A DNA stretch of 63,326 nt, filler included, from Catajapyx aquilonaris (GCA_000934665.2; 4 parts of 4 records of this genome joined end to end with filler, not necessarily neighbours in it), one strand, 5' to 3'; shown: positions 48,189-62,010, counted from the first letter of the whole stretch. The notes: generated by a model from the letters alone, not told the origin. Program-made: numbers and translations.

Positions 48189-48975
48189 GTTTCGACTTAC
48201 AGCCCCACACGCAGCAGTACCGGTTTGAGATACTAGGCTTATCCTCCGGCACTTTATCACCCGGCATGGCTTCCTCGTGATCCGATACACGTCGCGAGGC
48301 CCGGAGGAAGCTATTGTGCCACTGCTGGTCTGTTCTCAGTGCTGGTCAACCCCACCTCTCGAGTACCGAGCGATCACTTCCGAAAAAGCCACCCAACTCC
48401 GTCACTCCACTACACAATCCCAAGGCATGAAGCCAGCCCTATACCTCTTACGTCGGCCATTGCTCTACTTCGCCGACAGCCCGCCAGATGTCAGCCACTT
48501 CTGCTGGTCTTGCGAATATTTTCTTCGGCCTTCAGAACAATTGACCCTTAGGTCAAGGTCCACCAACTGACCAAGTTTCAACCAAATCCAACGGCGCAAC
48601 TTTTACATGTCCCTCTTACTTTTAACCCATCTCCTTTCAAATGGGCCAATCGTTTGTGCCCGGTTTGTGCTGATTTGTGCCCGAATAATATGATAGTTTG
48701 TGCTGGCTTTGAAACCAAACCAGCAAAAACTGCCATATTCGAACACAAATCAGCACAAATCCGGGCACAAACGATTGGACCAATTGAAATTTTGAAACTC
48801 GCGGAACTAGTTCTGCTGTGACCAGCGTTAACTTGTTCCAACATAAAATTGACCTCGCTGTATCTCTAGACAGTTTGCAGCACATATCTTTGGGCACAAA
48901 TCATCATAAACGAACCAGAAACAATATATTGAGATCGTTGAAATTTTGACATTAGTTTGATTTCAAAGGCGTTAA

Positions 48976-49104
48976 CCCTGTAATGCCCACTGGGTCATAT
49001 CTGGCACACCATTTAGTGCCATTTTTGCAATTTTTATATTTTTCCTGTAAGTGCCAAATTGCACTAAATGGTGTGCCAGATATGACCCAAGGGGCATTAC
49101 AGGG
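48976..49104. mobile_element. piggyBac-like hairpin MITE
   Basis: TTAA|CCCTGTAATGCCC ... GGGCATTACAGGG|TTAA; nested in a GCACAAA-rich foldback element at ~48580-49245. Confidence 0.85.
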
Positions 49105-50438
49105 TTAACTTGGCCCCACCAAATTTAAAGTGTTGCAGCGTTGAAACCAATCCAGCACAAACGCTCATATTCGGCCACAAATCAGCACAAACGGGTCACA
49201 AATAATTGACACCGTTGAAATGTTGAAATTCTAAAGTGGTTGGGTTAAAGGACCCCAAATGAAGGAGTGTGATCTTTCTATGCATATCAAGAGAAACGCA
49301 AGCCAAAATAGACCCACTTCGTCTTTAATTTTTCGGGCATGCCTGGGAGCGACACGTACTGTACCATACTGGTACTTTTGCTTTCCCATCTGTCCATCGC
49401 GATGGGCAGCTATAAGATTTTACAAATGACCTATTAATACCATCAAAAATCATTTGCATTCGGTCTTGATTTGCTCAGAATTTTTTGTTTTTACAAGGTT
49501 CCCTTGTGAGAAACTCTCATGACACCTTGCATAATGAACAGTGGCTGCAATATTATTCTCTAATCATTTATTAATCGTGAATGATGTTGATCCTTGGAAT
49601 AGAATAGAGGTTGTTGGTTGATTACTGACAGAGAACAATTGCTGATAGAACAGGCTGTTCTTTTTTACACTTAAATTAAATACTGTAGCTTTATTTTCAT
49701 TCTTGCCAAGATACAACAGCTTATTAAGTTTTTTTAAATACCACAGTAGCCACAAATAATTACTGACGTTTACAGAGGAGGAAACACGCAGTGCAGTACA
49801 AGTGCTCATGCTCACAGATGAGACTAACTTTACCCTATTCCCTATTGGTTACGTGGTTACTTGCATAACTATTAATACCGGTGCTATGGGAATATTATGT
49901 CACCTGCTGGTGTAACACAGTTTTGGACATTAACGTATAGAGGTGACCTTTGTAAAGTGGGTTATTGATCTTGACCGATACGTGTCACATTTTGGTATAA
50001 TTATATTGAGTTATGTAGGTATTGCGCAGTATGATCTTTGAGGCATTCCTTAGAGCTTAGACTGATGGCCAAGTCAGATTTTTGCAATAACTATTGCAGC
50101 TCTCGAGAGAAATGCCTGGGTTCTCCCATAAGAGATAATGCACAAATGCAGTCTGTGTGTTTAAAACTCTCATAATTATTATCCAATGAAATCATTTCAC
50201 TGTGACTCTGATCGTTCTTCATTTCAGGTTTTCACTTCATGTGAGTAGATGCATTGTACCAACTACCATTCTCTGAAGCTTGCAACTGCCGGGTACTGCG
50301 TCAAGTCACGCTGGCAAGTGATAAGAGGGTCTGGTGGATGCCAGGACGACGTAGAGATGTAAGGATAGGAGGGTTCGGACGAGCATAACGGCCGCGATCT
50401 AAAATTCTAAGCAGCAGATAAACCTGAACAAGGATGTC

Positions 50439-53400
50439 TTATTTACTGTCCTGAATAGCGGCATTAGGAAAAGACGGCGCAATAGTGTTGGACGTTCTGG
50501 TACTGGATGTAACCCTGGAAGTGGCTGAAGTACCATGACTGGTTTTCCGTTTCTGCTTCTTCCTACATATGTCCATGAGATTTTGCAACACCTTTCTCTT
50601 GAGATCAAAGCTAGCGAAGATGAGGGCACCTTGGCTACCATTTAAAATTACAAATGGGTACCATAAAGACGGCACGTCAGACAAGGTAGCGACAAAGGCA
50701 AATATCCAGGTCATGCCCATCAGGATGGCCAACTTGATATAGAGGAGCAGCTTCACTTTGTCGCTCTTCTGAATTCGCCTTGTCACCTGATCGGAATTGT
50801 CCAAAACACGTACAGTTTCGGAGCGTGCCTGGGCGTATTTAGCATCTTTGTTCTGCGAACGTATGGCACACACAGTGACAGTAAAGAAAACGGTGTTAGC
50901 CAGAATGATCATGCCGACAGGAATAATAAAGAGACAAATCAAAGCTTGGCTGCTGTTGAACCAGCACAAAAATTGCCCGTATCTGGGTCTGAATGAGGCT
51001 GGAACTTTTGGAATGTAATCTAAGGAGAGGGACGTCGTTACTATTACTAGAGGACACCCCCAAGCGTACAAACAATATTTCCTAAAAGCAGTTCTCAGAG
51101 AGTCAGTGCGATGGGTGTTACTTGTGAAAGTGCGAAAGATGTCGAAACTCATGGCATTCATCCAGAAGAAAGTTGCCAGGTAGAAAAAGTGAATAAGAAT
51201 TCCAAATACCTGACAAACAATTCGGTGGGAATACTGGGGGTTTCCTGTGAGGTACAAAAGCTGGGCCATGAGGAGCGAGAAAGCTAGAGAAAAAAGACTT
51301 TTTCCGGGAACATTACGCCATGTAGGTACCAACACGTACAGAAGAATGTGGAAGAAGAGGCAGAGGATGGAGATGGATAGGCAGAAGACTGACAGGTAGC
51401 CCTGCTCGGGTGACAACTCATAGTACACTTTCCCAAGTTGAGCAGTGCTGCAAATCAGTATAACAGTGCTGTTATGATTATTCGTACTGGGCGACAGTTC
51501 ATAATCGCCTGGACCATACAAGATGTTGCCAGCGGGACCTGTCACCACGACAGCTGAGCCGTTGTCGAGAAGCTTGTACTTGTCGGAGCTAACTGGAATC
51601 CTCGTGCAGTCTTTTTCAAGCGTCGAGTTTGGCAGTTTACGTACACACTGCCCGCCTTCCACCATCTCGAAGTCAGCTCTACACTGTACAGGTACGCATG
51701 ACTTTCGAATATACTCGTACACCTGACCTACTGAACATTTTTCAGATTGTTCGATCCTTTCTATAGACCGAAAGTCAAAAAGGAAAGAAAATGATACTGG
51801 ATATGGATATTTTTCGTATTGCTTCATTCGAAACCGGGCTAAGAAGCAGTCGTGGTTTCCTATCCTACCCAAAAGCTGCCCCGAGCATCTAGAGCAATGG
51901 ATATTTTTGTACCGTTTGCCACTGACACGCTCTTGCACATACATTGCGTACATACCACATAATCTAATATCATTCGGATTACTCTGTTGGGTACTTTCAC
52001 ACTTGGACACCATACCAGCTATACATTTCCTTCCTCCGTACATGCCTATGTACTTGTCAGTTTTCCAAGGAGGACTAGGTTTGAAGGTGCATTCCATAGG
52101 CCTATCTTCTCCTGGTATTTCCTTTACCCATGTTTGCAACCCTCTCCTGTACTCAAAAAGATCCAAGTCTTGGAAGACTTGGACAGTTTGGTTGGCATCC
52201 ATGTTGCAACTTACAGTTATGTTCAAAGAGACCAAGTCGAGATCGTCATTGCATATGGCACAGTACAAATTCACGTATGTAATGTTAGTAGTCGCGCTTA
52301 TAACAGGAAGATCTAGCACGTATGCGTACTGGTGAACCTTTTTGGTGCACTTGTCGATTATGTCTTGCTTTGTGTAGTAAGCAGGACAATCTCCAATCAT
52401 GTAGATGTAGTTCTGGAAATAAAATAGACTTATATAATTATATCCTCTTCATCTTCATATTTAATATGTTCGAATTAGATTCGTACCTCTTCCATTAGTA
52501 AAGAGCATGTCCATCGATCTCGAAGATCATCTTCGTCATACTGGATGCCGGAAATCAATTCGGGGCAGCAGTCACCATATTGGTAGCAGTCAGCGTCACA
52601 TCTGCATCCAAAACGCCTGCACAAGGAGGAGGCATTACCGTCCTACTCAAGAAACTCAAGAAACCTCTGGTAAGTAATTAGCGCATTGCAGCACTTTGGG
52701 ACAGTATTCAAAGAGTCGTGGGAGTAGGGTAGAGTGGGTAACTCAGAATGGCAGATTGCCTTTCATGTTCCTGTCTCATCAAGACGGAGAAAATAATTAT
52801 CCTAATAATATTATTGACGTAGCTCAATAATTTGACAAGACGGAACTTATTCTTTGCTGCACAGTATACTAGCAGCAGTCGAGGAAATACTCACTCCCAC
52901 TCGCAAACTATTCTTCATCTCCTATCCAAAGGCAGCTCCCATCCACCCCCTTATCTGAATCCCATCCCTTACGGATCGCCCACAGAGATAACTGAAGGCG
53001 ATAAGAAGCTTCGAAAGAGTTGTCATGCCTTAAGCACGATAACAATATTTCCGAGACGCATTGTGATACATGCATGGCATAATATGCCATGACAACAAGT
53101 ACAGGACACAACTAGTACATTATGACAACTAGTACAGGAAAATTACGCCTTAAAATGGCTCGAAACGGAAAAAAATTAACCCTCAACTTGAAAGGTGGGG
53201 TCTTTTTGGACCCCAGGGTATACTTATTGCACCACTCCGAAGCAATTTTTTGTAAAAATGAAAACTCCCACACCTATATTCCTCACAAATACTCTTTCAC
53301 ACCTGAAAAAAAATTATGGGCGATGAAAATAATGTGTTAAAGCGAGTTAATGACATTTAAACGCTCATTAGTCGTCTTGGGGTCCAAAAAGACCCCACGT

Positions 53401-56400
53401 TTCAAGTTAAGCATGCATGCTTAACTTGAAACGTCGGGTCTTTTTGGACCTGGCACGCCGTTTTTATATAAACTTACATCAACAGCAAAAGTGAAATATT
53501 TTATGCCTCTTAAATTCGGTCAGTATTATGAGTGGCACATGGCTAAATTAGGTTTCATTGGGTTTCATATTGAGGGTTAACGGAAACCTCATTTTTATTT
53601 TAAAACATTCTTTAGCATCTCCTGGACCTCCTGTGAAAAGTCCCAAAAAATCCTCCTTGGGCAACATACTTAAAATTTGAAAAAATTCCCGCCATTTTTG
53701 AAATTTCCAAAAATTGCGCTTTCTTGAGAACGGTAGGCCATAAAATGATGCTGCTTGCGCTATTTTACTTTAAATGCTTTCTAAAACTTAAACTATATTA
53801 TGACAGACTAAATTATTGAACATTTAAAATTTTATTTATAAACATGTGAGCAAAATATTCATGATCCAAGGCATGGTTGTAGAAGACTCAGGTTAGGTCA
53901 CTCCCCACCCACCCCCTGCCGAGGGGTTTTGCAGTGGGTGCTCACCTGAGACCGCCACGAGACATTTCCCAGAGCATTTATGTGGCGACCCTACCGGACT
54001 AAGGCTGAACTTTATAGGTGCGAAAGGGAAGCGCTACAGGCTGGCCCAACATGGCCGCCGGCGGCCATGTTGGGCCCCCCAATGTAGCCCTCCCCTTTCG
54101 TACCTGTAAAGTTCAGCGTTAGTCCGGTAGGGTCGCCACATGATAGCTCTGGGAAATGTCTCGTGGCGGTCTCAGGTGAGCACGCACTGCAAAACCCCTC
54201 GGCAGGTGATAAGCCCAGAAGATAGGGGTAGTGTCCGTGGGCTGATCCAAGGTGTCAAGTATTTCGATATCCTTGGAAAGTGATCATACGTACTCTGACA
54301 TATTTGAAAGTCATCTTAGGTAAGAAATAAGGTTCAATTCGTATGTTGGCACGATTTACGATGATTTACTAGAAGGCACTGCGCATGCGCAGACTAGAGC
54401 GGCGCATGTTCCGTCCTGCCCATATGTCGCTCTTGTCCTAGTTTCAAACAGTTCATCGTCTGAAAACTGGTGGTGTATTCTTTGCAATATATGTTCATGT
54501 GTGATGTTTGTTGTTTTGTGGTGCAATACAATGTATGACTCCACTTACGCCCTGTGTTATGGGTTTCCAAGCATGGTGTGACCTTACGAGACTTTTCACT
54601 ATTTGGAGATGATGGCGGTGGTGGTAAAAAATAGTGGAAAAACATGGAGGTTGATGTAGTTTTAGAGGAAAGTCAGGAAACATGTATTTGTTTTGCCGGA
54701 AAGGATTAGAACTCCCAAATTTAAAAGTTAAAATAGGTTGACATGACAGATCATGAAAGAAGTGCGTCGGCTCAGTGCGGAATGATGGCATTACCGCCAA
54801 GACCCAGGTTTTCAGACAGGTGGAGGAAGAGAAAGAACTATACACAATGTCATCCTGATCAAGTTCCGGGACAAGCGCCTGCTGAATAATAATGTATACC
54901 CCGTGATAGGCCTCCTTGGGCCTCTTAGAGGATCATCTTTTGAATAGCGGTCTTTAATCATTGCCTGCGCCGTGATGGATTTTGATTGCGGGAGGAAACG
55001 GGAGAACCCCGACAAAACCCACGCGAATACGGAGAACCCATCGAAATTCTATCCACATAAGCATCCTCCGTCCGACCCTGGGATCGAACTCGGGACCTTA
55101 GAGGTGGAAGGCTGCGGCGCTAACCACTCCGCCACCGTGTCGCCCTTAAGGAGCCGTCCATAATACTCGCGGACATATTTTTTCACTTTTTTACCTCCCC
55201 TTTGCGGACAGAAGCGGACAATATCTTACCCTCCCCCCCTAAAAATTGCGCGGACATGGCCTCCTTGATCTCCCCCCCCCCCCTTATCACCACACTGAAA
55301 GTGTTATTTTCAATAGGCCTACATTTGTATTTTTTTAAAATACTTACACATAAATTTGACTTTGGTATATTTGACGGGTCTGACTAAAACACGGCCAAGT
55401 CCTTAATATTATTATTTAATATTAATTTGACGTTTATTGTCCGCGCGTACAACATACTTCTACCCCCACCCCCCTTCACTTGTCCGCGCGGATTATGGAC
55501 GGCCCCTAAGCGCCTGAATAATATTATAGACATATGTGTTGCGCAGACTATGCTAAGAAGTGATGTCCCCAATCTGATTTTACAACACGCGTATATGTTG
55601 TCGGAAGGCCTGCTGAGGAAAGAAAATTAGCAATAAAGCTGCAAAAAAGCACTCTGGGTGGTATACATGAATGTGCCAAGCAGAAGCACTTGGGAAAATA
55701 TCCACTGTAGCCTATACTACTTTATACATGTGGGAAGAGAAATGATGAATGGAGAAGAATAATATTGTTAGAAAGCGTATCGACGCAGAATGTGATCTTG
55801 TGGCTGCAGGCGCACAATATCATAAAAGCTGTGATTCTTCTTTTGCTGTCATCACAAGATCTGCTTGGCATGAATCACAAGGACGATCATGATTGTGATG
55901 AATTGAAACTATACCTCGATAGCAGTGACGACTGCCACTATAGGCCTACAGTAAAACCCAGAATCCTAGATGTACCGTTCTTCAAGGGACCGCCCAAAAG
56001 AAACGTTATAAGCGGGAAAGCGTTATATGCGGGAAAATTGACAGTATGGAAATGATCAAGGGACCGGAAAAAGGGCGCATTAAAAGCGTTAAAGAGTTAT
56101 ATGCGGGAGCGTTATATCGAGGTTTTACTGTATTTGATTACAGATCTGGTCCAGATGATGTCCGAGTTTGTTCTCGATGGTAAGTGGAGTCATCTGTGCT
56201 AGATGACTCCACTTACTATCGAGAAGGATTTGAAGGAACTGTTAATCGAGTGTTACGGTGATGCGTTACAGAGAAGTATTGGAATTTATTGTAATGAGCA
56301 CTCGCGATCGTATGTGTCGTCGGTGCAGATGCTGGGCATCAGCATTTTTATTCATAGGCGATTTTGAACAATTTCCCCGTATTAAACTTCGTGTCTCAGA

Positions 56401-59047
56401 GAGCTTCTTATGGACTTGAGTTATCGCGGCGGACGATCGGGAGAAGAGTGGCGATGGGTAGGAGCTGCCTTTTAAGTTTTAACTAAAGATCAAGAATACG
56501 TACCTGCATATTGCATACTACGTAACTATACAGTATATACGGATATACAGGGTGTTTCCTGTAACTCTGCAAAGACTTGCAGGGGTAATAGCGGAGGGGA
56601 CCAATACAAGTATTTTTGACATAGGAACCTGTGTCCGGAAACGCCATCTAGAGGGGGTTCATAAACAAGGAACGGGTGCGCTCAGACGCGTCAGGAGGGA
56701 GGCGCTAGGCGAGCGGACTGTTTTGTTGATAGATGGCGCTCGGATAATAACCAACGATGCGATGTGCCGTAACCTGGCAACAGATCCATCTAGCAACTAA
56801 AGTCCGCCTCCTAGGAGACGCGCGGAGAGTAAACAGCGGTTCTGTTGTCGCTAGGTTATGGCGTACCCCGTCGTTGTTTGCTTACAACGACGCGATACAC
56901 CATAACCTGGCAACAACTGCTCGCCATCTATCAACAAAACAGTCAGCTCGCCTATTGCCTCCCGCATAAAGCGTCTGAGCGCACCCGTTCCTTGTCTATG
57001 AACCCCCTCTAGATGGCGTTTCCGGACACGGGTTCCTATGTCAAAAATACTTGTCTTGGTCCCCTCTATTACCCCTGCAAGTCTTTACAGAGTTACAGAA
57101 AACACCCGGTATACTATGATTTATTCAAGTTCGGACTGATGACCGTTTCCGCTGTTATTGTGATCTGTTGATTGATGACAGTAATAGTGCCATCAGTTTG
57201 AACTTTATAAAATCGGATTTGCATAGATTCTGTGCATAGCCGTTGTAGTGTACATCTGCATATACCTGAGTGAGTACCCCTTCGGTTTCGGTGCATGTCG
57301 AGCATTCACTCGCTCAATTCATGGGCGCAACCAAGTAAGCTATAGGTGACGGGCAGGGTGTTAGTAATACACCATGTCAATAATATTTAACTAGGGATTT
57401 CTACAACCTTCATTTGTGCAAAACACTGTTAAACTAATGAGATTATACAGGGCCACAGAGGATAAGACGTGTTAACAACAAGATGACTACAGCTAGCAAA
57501 AGACTTCGGTGGGATTTGGGTGGGATGGTTTTACAGCGCTCAAGACAGGCGTCAGATCTGTTGATTTTCGTCTGGCGGGGAGGAGAGCTCATGAAATGCA
57601 TGGGTTGACGGATACACTGGATTTTATGACAATGCCTTGAGGGCACGCATGTATAAAATTATGTACTGGTCACTCCCCCTCTTATCGCGTTTAAGGGGTT
57701 GACGAGGTGGTAATGCGTTGGATGGCCACGATAGCGCTGCTCAGGTTGACTCAGGGCAAGAGCCTGCCGTGAACCTAGCGGGCCTTCTCTGCACTTACTT
57801 ATTTACGTTATTAGTAGAAGAGAAGCCTGTGCTTCTACTAATTGTAAGTGCAGAGGAGCCCTGCTAGGTGAGTCAACCTGAGCAGCGCTATCGTGGCCAC
57901 CCAACGCATTACCACCCCGTCAATCCCCTGAACGCCGGTTTGCATAGAGCTGGGGTATGGATGCCAGGGTGATGGCTGGGATGGGTAAGATGCTTATAAT
58001 AAATGCTGGAGCCAGTGTTGCGCATTATTATCAGAAGCTGGTATAGCTAGCAGTAATCCTCTGTTTGATCTGAAGTTTTAGGGAGATTAGGGTGGAAAGG
58101 ACATTCGACTTGTTTCTCAGATCGATAAACATAGAAGTTTCTATTTTCCGGGCGTACCCGGCGAAAAAATTTATTAAAATTACATCCTTAGTATGATTTC
58201 CATTGGCAACACTCGGTAACACTACATAAGATAATGAGACTAAAGCTCGGCGTGGGAGTGCTGTTTATCTTGTTACACCTAATTATGATTAATTTTAAGC
58301 AGCAATCAACTCTATTATACTCAAACAAAATAAAAAGACAATTAAACATGAAAAATATATTCAATTCACGACCAATATCTTTACAATAAGTGGCCTCCCT
58401 CATGTGCCCGCGTGCTTGAGAAACTAATATTTATATTGCTATAATATTATAACAATATAAATATTAGTTTCTCGAGCACGCGTTATTAGCACGCGGCGCA
58501 GCTGTCAACAGAATTCTATCTACATTCATGTTAGTTAGGTAATTATTGTTGCTCCTGTTTGTGGTGGTAACAACGACGACGACGACGACTCGACGAAAGC
58601 GAATAAAAATTTAATACAAGGTAATGAAACCAACGTGAAATACAAAAACGAGAGTGTGGAAGCCAGGATAGTCATGCCTGCAGTAATTTTATCATGTAGA
58701 CAAATAATGTAGAAAAATAATGCACCATTCATTCATTCATTCATTCATTCATTCATTCATTCATTCATTCATTCATTCACAGCCCGGCGTGTCCCTGATT
58801 GAAGGGTTATAGCCAGCGATAGCGGAAAAACAGAAAAAGACAACAAAACTTGAAGTATCTGGACATACGTTGGGGACCTTGTAAGCCCATTTTCCTGTTT
58901 GCAGGAGTAGCAAACTTTGTAATCAGTGCTTTCTAGTGTGTCGTTGTTGTAAACTGTCTGCTTTTGCGCGTCAAAGATCCAAACTGTATTTGAAGAGGCG
59001 ATGAGACACACGACGATTATGATGAACGCGTTGGTACCAGTTTCCAT
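50439..59047 (-). CDS. Methuselah-like/adhesion (family B) GPCR with N-terminal somatomedin-B-like domain, ~760 aa
   Basis: Exons 58869-59047 (signal peptide, phase 2), 52487-52616 (RFGCRCDADCYQYGDCC) and 50439-52412 (TYVNLYCAICN, YKNIHCSRC, then 7TM: RNVPGK, HFFYLATFFWMNAMSFDI, YAWGCP, PRYG..CW, MGMTWIF, LNGSQG). Phases are compatible. The first-exon link is inferred. Confidence 0.88.
53180..53576. mobile_element. piggyBac-like MITE (composite)
   Basis: TTAA|CCCTCAA ... TTGAGGG|TTAA; internal palindrome at ~53380-53450 built from the GGGGTCTTTTTGGACC motif. Confidence 0.7.
53915..54206. repeat. ~290-bp GC-rich palindrome without spacer
   Basis: CCTGCCGAGGGGTTTTGCAGTG ... CAACATGGCCGCC|GGCGGCCATGTTG ... 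CACTGCAAAACCCCTCGGCAGG. Confidence 0.92.
54884..55144 (-). mobile_element. tRNA-derived SINE with V/Meta-like core
   Basis: Head GGTGGCGGAGTGGTTAGCG..GAGTTCGATCCC; core GCGTGGGTTTTGTCGGGGTTCTCCCGTTTCCTCCC; (ATT)n tail. Confidence 0.75.
55150..55506. mobile_element. MITE with GG termini and TAA TSD (Harbinger/Zator-like)
   Basis: TAA|GGAGCCGTCCATAAT ... ATTATGGACGGCCCC|TAA. Confidence 0.8.
55949..56130. mobile_element. pogo/Tigger-like MITE
   Basis: TA|CAGTAAAACC ... GGTTTTACTG|TA. Confidence 0.75.
56548..57109. mobile_element. Tc1/mariner-like foldback MITE
   Basis: TA|CAGGGTGTTT ... AAACACCCGG|TA, with inverted arms over 200 bp. Confidence 0.88.
57687..57935. repeat. ~250-bp foldback element
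   Basis: GGTGGTAATGCGTTGGATGGCCACGATAGCGCTGCTCAGGTTGACTC and its reverse complement. Confidence 0.85.
58726..58779. repeat. (ATTC)n microsatellite
   Basis: About 13 tandem units. Confidence 0.95.
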
Positions 59048-59397
59048 CTGAAATGTAATTTGAAATACAATTTTAGCTTAGCGAGGCTTCGAAGACCAAA
59101 TGGAAATCTGGAGGAGAGGAGTTTACTCTTGAATTTTGGCGGCCGACTTATGAAACACTCTACAGTTGTAGTGCTATAAAGCTCAGAAAATGTAGTGATT
59201 GAGCAATATAAACTAAGTTTATCACAGTTAGGCTTCTTTATTACTTGAAAAGTAGGTGAAAGGCTTCTGCAAGCCAATAAAAAAATAGACAAATTACCAC
59301 TCGTCAAAAATTTGCGTCTCACTTATTACAAATATTTTTTTTTTTTCATTATATAGGAGGATAGGAGTTATACTACTCCTTAGGGGGGGGGGGGGGN

Positions 59398-59599
59398 TGC
59401 AAAGTGCAAGTGCAATGTCTCTAATCGTCATTTTGTGAACTCCCCCGGGTGGCTTAGTCTGCCGGAAATTGCCACCCGAAACGAAGCCAGAGATGGCCCA
59501 ACTCTGCACGAAAGAAGGTGGGAACCCCGGGTGGGGATTGAACCCGGGACCTTAACTTCCGTGGGCGCGCGCGTTACCGCGGCGCCACTCCGTCTCCCT
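59398..59599 (-). mobile_element. SINE family B (copy 3, truncated at an N)
   Basis: Matches the head and body of 35998-36345. Confidence 0.8.
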
Positions 59600-60540
59600 T
59601 TATTACAAATAATATAATAGAGGCTACATAATCGGGTGGAGCGAAAAAAATTAAATTGGCCAATGAAATCTCAGCAGGTGTCGAAAGTTGTGCATTGACT
59701 AATATAACTTGTGAATTTTGAAAGAATTTTCGTACTTCACCTTCATTCCCCGGAATAGCCTTCAAGTTTCGCAATTTTCACAATGAGGAACACATACGGT
59801 AATTACTCGTATTATTATCGATGATTCAAGAACCTGGTGCCTTGTAGGGTAAAGTGGGGTAAGTGAGGACGGATATAGATTAGTTGCAGTTTTAAAGGCA
59901 TGTTACTTCTTCAGTAATTAGCAAGTGAAAAAAGTAATATACCTTACCTTATTGGCTTTCAAAGTGGCCTATTGCATAACATTCATCTATATGGGTGCTC
60001 CGAAAAATCATTACTAAAATATGCACGTGGTGCTTAGTGCCGCACTTGCCCCGAGATGTGGGGTAAGTGCGACTTTGGAATTCCCTCACAGTCGGTAATA
60101 AACATTGTGCAGGTTGCATAGGACTAGTGCCACAAAGACAGAAAGTTCCTCTGCCAGTCGGTTTTTTCCGATTGAAAATATACCAACTACTTAGTTCTTA
60201 CAGGACAAACTTTTATTCACTACTCCGCAACAGGTTGGCTAACAGTAATATATTGCATTATATGATTAAAATGCATTGTGTGGAAGTGTTTTCACACCAG
60301 TGTTCGAAATTAGCCTGTCGCCAGTCGCGGAATATCCATTGGTGATCTCATAAAGATGTAATGTAGCCTCTTTTGGCGACCGCTAGCTTTATTCCTCCAA
60401 TATTGCATTTCTGTCAATATACGCGTATAACTAGGCGACGCACTTGCCCCTGCAATGTCTAGTTAGGGGCAAGTGCGGCAACTCTTTTTAAAAACCAGCC
60501 TGATTATGCCACCAAAACGGAACAATAACGGCGTGATAAC

Positions 60541-60602
<62 letters not shown>

Positions 60603-60918
60603 TGTGGGTAGTGCTTTCACCATTGGGTGTACACAAGGACCTTTATTGTTAGCCATTAGTACATTTCGTACACAGCGGAACCTTTTAGGGCAAATCTCGG
60701 GCCCACGGGCAGGGTAACTGGGAGGGGATGTGCATTGTGCAAGGTGCAGTGCAATGTCGTTGCTTGGTCATTTTGTGAACTCCCCGGGTGGATTAGTCTG
60801 TTGGAGATTCCACCCACGAGATTCCACGAGATGAGGGGGATGACCTCGGGCTGGGATCGAACTCGGTCCCATAGATTCCGTGGGCGCATACGTTACCGCA
60901 GTGCAACTCCGTCTCCCC
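60541..60918 (-). mobile_element. SINE family B (copy 4) with long (ATT)n tail
   Basis: Matches family B; about 20 AAT units at 60543-60603; imperfect TSD AACRGCRTGATAAC. Confidence 0.85.
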
Positions 60919-60931
60919 AACAGCATGATAA

Positions 60932-61189
60932 CAGTGCTGGACATTAATTCCGTCCACGTGATTCCGTCTTACTGCTTGCTAGCCACATTTTCCGATGCGG
61001 CAGAAGAGCACATCGAAGTGATGGAGTGCGAACCGTGCCAGTAAGAAGTGGTAGGCACTTGGTGACATCATCGGCTGGGCGCAATTGTCACCAGACAGTG
61101 ACTCCACGGCTCGTACTCCATCACTTCGATGTGCTCTTCTGCCGCCACGGAAAATGTCGCTGGCAGGACGGAATTAACGTCCAGCACTG
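60932..61189. mobile_element. Hairpin MITE (CAGTGYTGGACATTAAT family)
   Basis: CAGTGCTGGACATTAATTCCGTCC ... GGACGGAATTAACGTCCAGCACTG. Confidence 0.8.
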
Positions 61190-61582
61190 TACAGTGCAGG
61201 ATCGGTTACACAGCATGAAATACAAGACTCGTCACATATTTTGCAAAAGATCCTTACATACTCGCCGTAGAATGTAAAAACCCAATCTTGAGCTTGGAGG
61301 CCGGTTTTTATCAATGTGACGAAAGAGAGAAGATCCAAGATCGTGCTACTTTTAGCAGAGTGGGCATAGGTCGCGGTCGTCATGAACGTTTACGTGATTT
61401 TTGATAGCTCCTGCCACATTGTGCCATAAATTAGATGCAATGCTGCAGCCTGCACTTGCTCCATTGACGCACTTTCCTCAGTTTACCCTACCTTGGACAT
61501 GTTTCTGGTACTTGTACTGTACAGGCATACAGCACAGAGTATCAAGAAAGCTCTCTGGGATGTTCTGACTGATAAAATCATT

Positions 61583-61691
61583 GGGTGGAATGTTCGTCGT
61601 ACTACTTGTTACTGCTAACTTAGCAATACCATTGAACTACACTGGTACTGCTAAGTTAGAAGTAACTAGTAGTACATTGAAAATTCCACCC
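61583..61691. mobile_element. ~110-bp hairpin MITE (copy 2)
   Basis: Matches 41447-41557; TSD ATT. Confidence 0.8.
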
Positions 61692-62010
61692 ATTGAGTCG
61701 AATTTACTTCTTTCCGCTAGTAGCGCATATTCAGAACTTATTGCTATTAGTTAGTAACTGCGTAGGCGCTTTTAGCGGTACTGTTTAAGGTGGAATTTTC
61801 GTCGTTCTATTACCCGCTTTTTACAAACCAGTACTGTATAGCCTGATCAGTGCCTAATCAGTGCCTAAAGAGTTCCTAATAATGACAATTGACAGTCGGC
61901 GCCTGCGCACGACACGCCTCCCGTTGTAAACAAGTGAAGGAGAAGGTGATGATGGACAATGAGGACTGATGAGTATGGAGCGGGAAGGGCAACTTATCAG
62001 TGGGGCTTAA

